The translations under genes and the position numbers were made by a program. This document shows positions 29,263 to 37,319 of a stretch of 64,000 nucleotides of DNA, piece by piece. Position 1 is the first letter of the stretch, and the number at the start of each line of letters is the position of its first letter. Under the pieces are notes generated by a model, which did no database searches, was not told where the DNA came from, and worked only from the letters and a program-made list of their open reading frames with translations. Source of the DNA: Candidatus Eiseniibacteriota bacterium. GTDB lineage: Bacteria > Eisenbacteria > RBG-16-71-46. Location of the stretch: positions 96,001-160,000 of the forward strand of contig JBGAML010000006.1 of NCBI GenBank assembly GCA_044223005.1, in the 5' to 3' direction.

Positions 29263-30252
29263 ATGGCGAACCTGCGCGTGCTGGAATGGGTGCGGCATCC
29301 GGACGGCATCTGGAACATGCCGCGTCCGGAAGTGGAGCGGCTGCGGCGCGACTTCCCGGACGTGCGGATCGACGCGCCCGTGACGCGCGAGGAGGCCGAG
29401 GCGCTGCTGCCGGAGGCCGAGGTCGTGCTCGGCTTCGTGGTGCGCCCGCACAACCTGGCGCTCGCGACGCGCCTGCGCTGGATCCATTCCACCGCGGCGG
29501 GCGTCGAGGGCGCGCTGTTCCCCGAGCTGGCCACGAGCGACGTCGTGCTCACCTGCGCGCGCGGCATGCACGCGGTCTCGATCGCCGAGCACACGCTGGG
29601 CATGATGCTGGCGTTCGTGCGCGGCCTGCACCGCTCGCGCGATGCGCAGCTCGCCGCGCGCTGGACGCAGCGCGCGCAGGTCGAGGGCCCCGGGTTCGAG
29701 CAGCTGGAGGGTGCGACGCTGGGCCTCGTCGGCTTCGGGCACATCGGCCGCGCGGTCGCGACGCGCGCCCGCGCGCTGGGCATGCGCGTGCTCGCGGTGC
29801 GCCGGCACCCGGCCGGCGATCCGGCTCCGGCCGACGCGCAGTGGGGGCTCGAGCGGCTGCCCGAGCTGCTGCGCGCGAGCGACTGGGTCGTGCTCGTGAC
29901 GCCGCATACGCCGGAGACGTCGCGCATGATCGGCGCCGCGGAGCTCGCGCAAATGAAGCCGACGGCGCGGCTCGTCAACGTCGGCCGCGGCGCATGCGTG
30001 GACGAGCCCGCGCTGGTCGACGCGCTGCGTGCGGGCCGGATCGCGGGTGCGGCGCTCGACGTGATGGGCACCGAGCCGCTGCCGCCCGACAGTCCGCACT
30101 GGGCGATGCCCGAAGTGATCGTGACGCCGCACACGTCGGGGCTGGGCCCGCGCTTCTGGGAGCGCACGACCGATCTCTTCGCCGCGAACCTGCGCCGGTA
30201 CGTCGCGGGTGAGCCGCTCGCCGGCGTGGTCGACAAGCGGGCGGGCTACTGA
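29263..30252 (+). CDS. D-2-hydroxyacid dehydrogenase family protein
   Basis: WIHSTAAGVE, GLVGFGHIG, VNVGRG, AALDV..EPLP, VTPHTSG; start 29263 preferred (extended -10 lies 7 nt upstream), 29254 possible. Confidence 0.93.
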   Translation: MANLRVLEWVRHPDGIWNMPRPEVERLRRDFPDVRIDAPVTREEAEALLPEAEVVLGFVVRPHNLALATRLRWIHSTAAGVEGALFPELATSDVVLTCARGMHAVSIAEHTLGMMLAFVRGLHRSRDAQLAARWTQRAQVEGPGFEQLEGATLGLVGFGHIGRAVATRARALGMRVLAVRRHPAGDPAPADAQWGLERLPELLRASDWVVLVTPHTPETSRMIGAAELAQMKPTARLVNVGRGACVDEPALVDALRAGRIAGAALDVMGTEPLPPDSPHWAMPEVIVTPHTSGLGPRFWERTTDLFAANLRRYVAGEPLAGVVDKRAGY

Positions 30253-30253
30253 G

Positions 30254-30871
30254 GTGGCCGCGCCCGGCACGCTCGGCATCCTGCTCGCGGGCGGACGCGG
30301 CGAGCGCCTGGGGCTGGGCGTCCCCAAGGCGCTCGCGGTGCTCGGCGGCCGCACGCTGGTCGAGCGCGCGCTGGAGACGCTGCGCGCGTGCTGCGAGCGC
30401 GTGGTGGTGGTGGCGCCGCGCACGATCGAGCTGCCCGTGCCCGCGGAGCTCCGCCGCTGCGACGCCGATCCCGGCGAGGGTCCGCTCGCGGGGCTACTGA
30501 CCGGCGCCGGCGACGGGGAGTTCGAGCGTGCGCTGGTGCTGGGCGTCGACTTCCCGCTCGTGCGGCCGGCGGCGCTCGCGCGGCTGGCCGAGCGGCTCGG
30601 CGGTGCGCACGTCGTGCTGCCGGTGCCGACGGGCGTGCCGCAGCCGCTCGTCGCGTGGTACGCCGCGAGCGCCGTCGCGCCGCTGGCGGCCGCGTTCGCG
30701 CGCGGCGAGCGCTCGATCCGGCGCGCGCTCGATCCGCTCGAACGCGTGCTCGTGTCCGCGGACGAACTCGCGGCGCTGCCCGGCGGCGCGGACGCGTTCC
30801 TCAACGTCAACACGCCCGACGATCTCGCGCGCGCCGAGCGCTCGCTCGCCGCTCACGGAGGAGTTCGATGA
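30254..30871 (+). CDS. mobA: Molybdenum cofactor guanylyltransferase
   Basis: ILLAGGRGERLG..KA, GPLAGL, VDFP, QPLVAWY, FLNVNTPDDL. Confidence 0.88.
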   Translation: MAAPGTLGILLAGGRGERLGLGVPKALAVLGGRTLVERALETLRACCERVVVVAPRTIELPVPAELRRCDADPGEGPLAGLLTGAGDGEFERALVLGVDFPLVRPAALARLAERLGGAHVVLPVPTGVPQPLVAWYAASAVAPLAAAFARGERSIRRALDPLERVLVSADELAALPGGADAFLNVNTPDDLARAERSLAAHGGVR

Positions 30872-32127
30872 GCCCGGAGGCCGCACCGCTCACGCTGGGC
30901 GGCGTGCCGCTCGACCAGGCGCACGCCACGCTGCGCTCGCTCGAGCCGCACGCCCGCGCGTTCTGGATCCATGATCTCGATGCGTTCGCCGCGCGCGCGG
31001 CGCGGCTGCAGCGCGCGTTCGCGCCGCTGGGTGCGCACCTCGCGTACGCGCTCAAGGCCAATGGCCTGCCCGCGCTGGTGCGCGCCGCGAGCGCCGCCGG
31101 GCTCGAGGCCGACGCGGGCTCGCTCGGCGAACTCGTGCTGGCCGAGCGCTGCGGGTTCGACGCACCGCGCCGCACGCTGAGCGGCAACGGGCACACGCCG
31201 GAAGAAGCGGAATGGGTGGCGCGCCACGGCGTGGCCATGGTGAGCGCGGATCACGTCGGTGAGCTGGACCTGCTCGAGCAGGCCGCGCGCGACGCGGGCA
31301 CGACGGTGCGCGTCGCGCTGCGCGTGAACCCCGGCATCTACATCGCGGGGCATCGCCACATCGCGACCGGGCACAAGGACGCCAAGTTCGGGGTCGGCGC
31401 CGAGGACGCGCTCGCCGCGTGGGAAGCGCGCGCACGCTGGCCGCACCTCGCGGTGGACGGCCTGCACCTGCACATCGGCTCGCAGGTCACGGAGACGACG
31501 CCGCTCGAGGACGCGGCGAAGGTCGCACTGGCGCTGGCGCGCGCGTCGGCGGAGCGCGGCGCGCCGTTGCGATCGCTCAACCTGGGCGGCGGTTTCGGGA
31601 TCGACTACGTGCACGGCGCCGACGTGTTCCCGGTCGAGGCGCACGCCGAGAAACTAGGCGCGATCGCCGCGGGCCAGCCGTACGAGTGGCGTTTCGAGCC
31701 GGGGCGCTGGCTCGTGGCGCCGATCGGCATGCTGGTCGCCGAGGTACTCTGGGTGAAGACGCGCGTCGACGCCGGCGAAACGCGGCGCTTCGTGGTGCTC
31801 GCCGCCGGCATGAACGACCTGCTGCGTCCCGCGCTCTACGGTGCGCATCACCGCATCGTGCCCGTGCGCCCGCGCGCCGGCGACGCGACGCCCGCGACGA
31901 TCGCCGGCCCGGTGTGCGAGAGCGGTGACACGTTTGCGAGCGATCGCGCGCTGCCGCCGCTGGAACGCGGAGACCTGGTCGCGATCCTCGACACGGGGGC
32001 CTACGGCAGCGTGATGTCGTCGAACTACAACGGGCGGGGCCGGCTCGCGGAGATGGTGGTGGAGGGCGGAGTGCTGCGGAGGGCGCGAGCGGGCGAGACG
32101 CCGGAGGATTTGGTGGGGAGGGGGTAG
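30868..32127 (+). CDS. lysA: Diaminopimelate decarboxylase
   Basis: YALKAN, LRVNP, AKFG, HLHIGSQ, NLGGGFG, EPGRW, GPVCESGD, GAYGSVMSSNYNGR. Confidence 0.93.
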   Translation: MSPEAAPLTLGGVPLDQAHATLRSLEPHARAFWIHDLDAFAARAARLQRAFAPLGAHLAYALKANGLPALVRAASAAGLEADAGSLGELVLAERCGFDAPRRTLSGNGHTPEEAEWVARHGVAMVSADHVGELDLLEQAARDAGTTVRVALRVNPGIYIAGHRHIATGHKDAKFGVGAEDALAAWEARARWPHLAVDGLHLHIGSQVTETTPLEDAAKVALALARASAERGAPLRSLNLGGGFGIDYVHGADVFPVEAHAEKLGAIAAGQPYEWRFEPGRWLVAPIGMLVAEVLWVKTRVDAGETRRFVVLAAGMNDLLRPALYGAHHRIVPVRPRAGDATPATIAGPVCESGDTFASDRALPPLERGDLVAILDTGAYGSVMSSNYNGRGRLAEMVVEGGVLRRARAGETPEDLVGRG

Positions 32128-32156
32128 GGGGGGAGGCGGGCGTTTGGAGGTAGAGC

Positions 32157-32570
32157 ATGAGGGGTGTCGGCTTGTCGATATGGGTCATCGTGAGCGGTGT
32201 GGTCGGCCTGATGACGCTCTCCTACGCGCGCATTGAAGCGATCCGGTGGCCGATCCGCGCAAGGAGGATGCCCGGCCTGGGCGGCTTCGCGGAGAGCTTC
32301 GGCCGGACAGAAGTTGATGTCGTGGTGCGGGCCGTCTATCGCGCGATTGTCCATGAGCGCGGCCCCCAACTCGTGGTCGTACGTGCGGACGACGATCTCC
32401 AAGGGCTATGGGGCATCGTCGACGAGGATCTCGACGACCTGGTTCGCGCCTGCATTGGGAATCTTCCGCCCCATCTGAAGTTCGAGCTGGCCGGTCATCA
32501 CAACTTGACCACTCCTAGGGATGTGGTCGAGTTCATCGAAGCGAACACGCGACAAACGACTGTTTCGTAG
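32157..32570 (+). CDS. Hypothetical protein: N-terminal TM helix plus ACP-like C-terminal domain; lower GC
   Basis: GGAGG RBS; VRADDDLQGLWGIVDEDLDDL...LTTPRDVVEFI resembles an acyl-carrier fold. Confidence 0.6.
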   Translation: MRGVGLSIWVIVSGVVGLMTLSYARIEAIRWPIRARRMPGLGGFAESFGRTEVDVVVRAVYRAIVHERGPQLVVVRADDDLQGLWGIVDEDLDDLVRACIGNLPPHLKFELAGHHNLTTPRDVVEFIEANTRQTTVS

Positions 32571-32957
32571 GAACTCCTTCGGTCTGCTGCCTGCGTCCGA
32601 CAGCTGTTCCGCGAGCGCTGGACTCGGTGCGCGCTTCGAACTGGCGATTTCTTCAATCGATTCGGACTGATGAGCAACCCTGAGCGGGGATCCCCGGCTC
32701 GCGTTCCGGATGTCCGGGCGCATTTGACTCCGCTCTTGACAGCGTTTCGCGCCCGGGAAGTTCGCGAACGACACAGCGCGCGCCGCGTCGCGTGAACGCG
32801 TCACCGCTACGCGTGCGCCGCGATTCGCGCCGGATCACCGCAACTTTGTCGCGTCGCGCCTCGTTTCGCGGCGTACGCGCAGGTACGGCGGCCGAATTTG
32901 CGTGTGCTATGAAGTACGTGCGCCCGACACGCACCCGCCCCCGACGCGGATGTGCTC

Positions 32958-34316
32958 ATGCGGACCGTTCGCTCGCTCTTCTCGCTCACGCCCCAGGTCC
33001 TCCTTTCGGAAACGCGCTCGTTGCTGGCGGCGCGCGCGGTCAATCTCGCAGAGCTGCTCGAGCACCTCGCCGAGATCGATGCGCGGAAGCTCTACGTCGA
33101 GGCGGCCTACGGCTCGACGACGGCGTTCCTCGTCGGCGAGCTCGGGATGGACCCGGATTCGGCGGACAAGAAGATCCAGGCGGCACGTGCGGTGCGCCGC
33201 GTTCCGGCGCTGCTGTCGGCCATCGCGGATGGGCGGCTGCACCTGAGCGCGGCCCTCATGCTGTTGCCGTCGATCGATGTCGAGAATGCCGAAGAGCTGA
33301 TCGCTGCCGCCGCCAATCACTCGTGTGGTGAGATCCGAGTGATGCTCGCCGAACGAGCACGAGCGCGCGGGCCGCAGGTGGGCGGCGACCTGCTCTCGCA
33401 AGTCGTTGCGAATACTGAGAGCGAACCGGATTCAAATCCGGTCATTTCCAGAAATGGTCAAGCGGTCGCGGCGGTTCAGGCGACCGCTGCCCAGCCCACT
33501 GCGGCCACTCCGGCGCGTCGCACGATCACGTTCACGATCCCCGCCGAGCTCGCCGACGCCTATCGCGCGGCCCTCGCGCTCGCACCGTACGCGATCGCGC
33601 ACGACCCGGCGCGCGCGTTCGAGCAGATGGTCGCGGCGTGGCGCGAACAGTTGGAGAAGCGGAAGTTTGGGACCGGCCGGCGCTCGCCACGGCCGGCGGC
33701 CGCGTCCAAGGGACCGTCCCCGCGCGAGAACGCCTCGGCGCCGCGTCGCCGCCGCTACATCCCCAAGCACGTGCGTCGCGAGGTCTGGCACCGCGACGGC
33801 GGTCAGTGCACGTTCGAGAGCGACGCCGGCCGCCGCTGCGAACGTCGCTCCCAACTCGAATACGACCATGTGATCCCCGAAGCGCTCGGCGGCGACGACT
33901 CGGCGAAGAACCTGCGCCTGCGCTGCTGCGCGCACAACCAGCTCGCGGCGGAGCGCGCGTTCGGGAAGCGCTACATCGAAGGCAGGCGCGAGGTCGCCCG
34001 CGCGGAGCGAGCATCGCGTCGGGCCGAGCGAGATCGCACGGAGGCCGTTCGCGCCGAAGCGCTCGCCGCACGCGATCAGGCGCGCGCCGAGCGCGAACAC
34101 GCTGCCGTCGCCGAAGCCGCGCGCCGCGCGGCCGCCGACGAGGTCGTGCCCTACCTGCGCCAGCTCGGGCTGCGCGCGAGCGAGGCGAAGGCCGTCGCGC
34201 TCAAGACCGCGCTCGCGCCGGACGTGCCGCTCGAAGCGCGCGTCCTCGCCGCCGTGCGAACTCTCGGGCCTCGCGGCATGCGCGTGGAATCGCGAGACGC
34301 CGCGCCGCCCGCGTGA
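32958..34316 (+). CDS. HNH endonuclease with DUF222-like N-terminus and RuvA-C-like tail
   Basis: LLEHLAEIDARKLY...YGS, IADGRLHLS; RYIPKHVRREVWHRDGGQCTF...C...LEYDHVIP..LGG...NLRLRCCAHN. Confidence 0.88.
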   Translation: MRTVRSLFSLTPQVLLSETRSLLAARAVNLAELLEHLAEIDARKLYVEAAYGSTTAFLVGELGMDPDSADKKIQAARAVRRVPALLSAIADGRLHLSAALMLLPSIDVENAEELIAAAANHSCGEIRVMLAERARARGPQVGGDLLSQVVANTESEPDSNPVISRNGQAVAAVQATAAQPTAATPARRTITFTIPAELADAYRAALALAPYAIAHDPARAFEQMVAAWREQLEKRKFGTGRRSPRPAAASKGPSPRENASAPRRRRYIPKHVRREVWHRDGGQCTFESDAGRRCERRSQLEYDHVIPEALGGDDSAKNLRLRCCAHNQLAAERAFGKRYIEGRREVARAERASRRAERDRTEAVRAEALAARDQARAEREHAAVAEAARRAAADEVVPYLRQLGLRASEAKAVALKTALAPDVPLEARVLAAVRTLGPRGMRVESRDAAPPA

Positions 34317-34449
34317 GCCGCGGGCCACGATCTCGCGCGCGATCGAGGTGTCGCGGCCGCGGCCACGCCGCCGGCCGCTCGGCCCGCGCGCCCCGCATCG
34401 CCCGCGCCGCGCCCGAACGTCGCGCCGCTCCCGCGCGCCCGAACGCACA

Positions 34450-34483
34450 TCGCCCCCGCAGCCGTCTCCGGCCGCGGGGGCGA
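34450..34483. terminator. Hairpin between convergent genes
   Basis: TCGCCCCCGC-A-GCCG-TCTC-CGGC-C-GCGGGGGCGA. Confidence 0.5.
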
Positions 34484-34519
34484 GCGTGCTCCGTGAACTT
34501 CAGCGCGCCGCGCGCCGCG

Positions 34520-36976
34520 TCACCGCGCCAGCACCACCTTGCGCCGGAAGCTCTGGCCGCCGCTTTGGAAGACGACCATGTAGAGCCCCGCGGGCGTCGT
34601 GCTGCCGCCATTCCACGTGACGGTGTGGCGGCCGGCGGGCCATGCGCCGTCGGCGAGCGTCTGCACGTGGCGGCCGGCGACGTCGAACACGCTCACGTGC
34701 ACGTCCGCGGCGGCGGGTAGGTCGAGTTCGAAGGCGACGCGGCCGTGCGCGGGGTTGGCCGACATCGGCACGAACGCGAGCTCGTGCGGCGGGGCGAGAT
34801 CGTCGGCGCCGGTGGTGCCGGTGGGCAGCGTGGTGACGAAGCCGCTCAGGTTCCCGTGCGCGTCGATGGCGGCGATCTTGTACCAGTAGGGAGAGCCGAT
34901 GGCGTCGTTGTACGCGAGCGACGCGACCTGGCCCACGAAGTTGCCAGGGCCGGGCACGAAGCCGGACGTGCCGCCGCGGTAGAGGCGGTAGCCGGCGATG
35001 TCGGCGTCGGGGCTCGCGCCCCACACGAGATGGCTGGTCCCTGCGGCGTACGTGCCGGAGAAGGGCGCGGGGGGCGTCGGGGCGACGTTGTCGACAGAGT
35101 GGCCGTCGAACGACTTCGAATCCCAGAACGCGCCGCTCGCGGCGCCCATGGCCGAGACGAGGAAGCTGGTCGTGCCGGCGCCGCTCGCGGACGAATCGAC
35201 GAGCGTCGGGGCGGTGTACGAGTACGTCGCGAACTGGTGCGCGGGCACCTCGCCGAGGTACTCCCACGCGAACGCGGCGGTGGCGTCACTCGACGCGCGG
35301 AAGATGCGGCGTCCGCTCGCGGCGTCGGCGGGCCTCATCGCGGAGTTCGCGCGCAGCAGCTGCGCACCGGCGCGCGTGGCAGCCTGTGCGGCGGCGAGCG
35401 TGGTCGAGCGCCAGATCGTGTACGACGTCACGCCGGGGCTGGCGCCGGCGTCGAGGTACGACGCGGTCCACGTGAGCTGGACGTGCCCGCCCTGGTCGCC
35501 CGGGACGTCGGCGATCTTCGTGATCGCGGGCTCGGCGTTGCCGAGCGCGCCGAAGCGATCGATGCGCTGCACGCGCGAGACGGTCGTGCCGCCGCCGGCG
35601 CCGTAGTCGATGTAGCCGATCAGCGCGCCGCCCGCGGAATCGGCGCACGCGGCGTAGGCGAAGGTCAGGTCCGGCGCGATGGCCACGGGCGTGCCGCCCT
35701 CCTTCCATCCGGGAGGCAGGCCGCCGCCGGGAGCGATCCGCAGTGCATAGACGTCGGCGTCGAAGTCGCTTCCTCGGTAGTCCGCCCAGGTCGCGATCGC
35801 TCCACCGGCGTTGTCGGGAACGAGCATGACCACGAGCTGGCTGCCCGGCGCGCCGCAGAGCAACGCGCCATTGCCGGGCCAGCCGTAGGCGAGCGATCCG
35901 CCCGCGGTCAGGTGCGCGGCGAAGACGTCGATGTTGCCGTAGCGCTGGTCCTCCCAGGCGAAGTAGCAGCCGCCCTGCGGGTCGGACATCGCGTAGACCG
36001 ATATGGCCGGAGAGCTCCCCGACGCGATCGTGGTGCCGTTGGGGGCCCAGCCCGCGGTCGGGGTGCACGTCGAATCGACGTGCGTCGCGTAGATCTCGTA
36101 CGCGACGCTGTGCGCGCCGCGCCACGCGAGAAACATCCCACCGGAACTGTCCGCGGCGATCGCCAGGTCGTCCTGGCCGCCGGTGGTCGCGTCGAGCGTG
36201 ACGAGCGGGCTGACCGCCGCTCCGGCGGAGTTGAACCGGGCCGCTCGAACCTGGGCGACGCCGCTCAACGAATCGAGGCAGGCGAGCAGGAAGCCGCCGC
36301 GGCGATCGCTGACGATGTGCGGAGAGAACTGCGACCTCACGGGCGTCAGGAGGCCGGACGCCCATGCGATCGTGCCGTTGGCGAGAACGTGCGCACCATA
36401 GATGTCGACGTCGCCCGGGGCCCACTGGAGTTCCCACGCGAAGAATGCGCCTCCGGCGCCGTCGCTCGCGACCTGCGGGTAGATTTCCATCTGCGACATG
36501 GGCGAGAGCTGCACGGGCCAGCCGGCGACGACGCTGCCCGCGGCGTTCACCCGCGTGGCGTAGACGTCGTAGGTCGAGGAGCCGGTGCGGCCGTCGTACC
36601 ACGTCAGGATCACGCCGCCGGTGCCGTCGGGAATCATGCTCACGCCGTCGTACATGAGCACCACGTCCTGGTAGCCGGTCGCGGTCACGATCGGCAGGCC
36701 GGCGACCGGCCAGCCGGGCGCGACGTCGCCCTGCGACGTGATGCGCTCGAGGTAGAGGTTGTAGTCGCCGGTCCGCGAGTCCTGCATGAGGACGAACGCG
36801 CCGCCGCTGCCGTCGGGGACCGTCGCGCGCGGTCGCGTCGCCGTCTGGCCCGGCATGACCGACGGCCCGGGCACGAGCGGGTTGCGCGACCAGGCCGACC
36901 ACGCCGGGGCGGCGAGCACGGGGAGCAGCAGCGCGACGATGCCGAGGGCGCGGCGCAGTCGGACGGGAAGCGGCAC
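34520..36976 (-). CDS. Secreted repeat protein (probable beta-propeller) with FN3-like and C-terminal FlgD-Ig/T9SS-like domains
   Basis: Signal peptide ending AWSA; about 8 repeats of (P/S/A)D-x-x-GG-hydrophobic-W-x-D-x-R...(D/E)(I/V)YA; DVPGDQGG; DNVAP..P; C-terminus NPAHG...FDVAGRHVQTL...GLYMV. Confidence 0.8.
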   Translation of the reverse strand: MPLPVRLRRALGIVALLLPVLAAPAWSAWSRNPLVPGPSVMPGQTATRPRATVPDGSGGAFVLMQDSRTGDYNLYLERITSQGDVAPGWPVAGLPIVTATGYQDVVLMYDGVSMIPDGTGGVILTWYDGRTGSSTYDVYATRVNAAGSVVAGWPVQLSPMSQMEIYPQVASDGAGGAFFAWELQWAPGDVDIYGAHVLANGTIAWASGLLTPVRSQFSPHIVSDRRGGFLLACLDSLSGVAQVRAARFNSAGAAVSPLVTLDATTGGQDDLAIAADSSGGMFLAWRGAHSVAYEIYATHVDSTCTPTAGWAPNGTTIASGSSPAISVYAMSDPQGGCYFAWEDQRYGNIDVFAAHLTAGGSLAYGWPGNGALLCGAPGSQLVVMLVPDNAGGAIATWADYRGSDFDADVYALRIAPGGGLPPGWKEGGTPVAIAPDLTFAYAACADSAGGALIGYIDYGAGGGTTVSRVQRIDRFGALGNAEPAITKIADVPGDQGGHVQLTWTASYLDAGASPGVTSYTIWRSTTLAAAQAATRAGAQLLRANSAMRPADAASGRRIFRASSDATAAFAWEYLGEVPAHQFATYSYTAPTLVDSSASGAGTTSFLVSAMGAASGAFWDSKSFDGHSVDNVAPTPPAPFSGTYAAGTSHLVWGASPDADIAGYRLYRGGTSGFVPGPGNFVGQVASLAYNDAIGSPYWYKIAAIDAHGNLSGFVTTLPTGTTGADDLAPPHELAFVPMSANPAHGRVAFELDLPAAADVHVSVFDVAGRHVQTLADGAWPAGRHTVTWNGGSTTPAGLYMVVFQSGGQSFRRKVVLAR

Positions 36977-37319
36977 GAAGTTCCTCGCTTTCGACGAAGG
37001 GAATCGAACGTGGGGAAGGGCGGGTCGCAGCCGACGGGGGGACGGCGTCGCGAGAGAAGCATGCCGGGACACCCACTTTCCGACAAGCGATGTCTCGATC
37101 GTCACGGCGGCTTCGGCGACCCGGGTCAAGTCGCCCGAAACGTAGCCGGGGCACGAGACAAGTGCGAAGCGGGCGGCACCAGTGCCGCGCCGGACGTGTC
37201 ACACGCAGAGGTATCCGGCGACTACCGGGCCAGTGGCCATACGCGAGCCAATCGGGCTCGCTCGCGCCGCCCGAATCTCATCGTCCTCGCCCCATTTGGG
37301 GCGGGAGAGGAGGGAACCC

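Noticed and set aside
32665..32720. CTGATGAG resembling a hammerhead ribozyme core
   Set aside because: No stem II followed by GAAA, so the core is incomplete
32958..34316. IscB/Cas9/HEARO-type assignment for the HNH protein
   Set aside because: No RuvC motifs, no PLMP N-terminus and no CRISPR repeats seen
36977..37319. GG-N10-GC sigma54-like sites or a riboswitch between the two large secreted genes
   Set aside because: Matches are poor and expected by chance at this GC content; no known aptamer recognised
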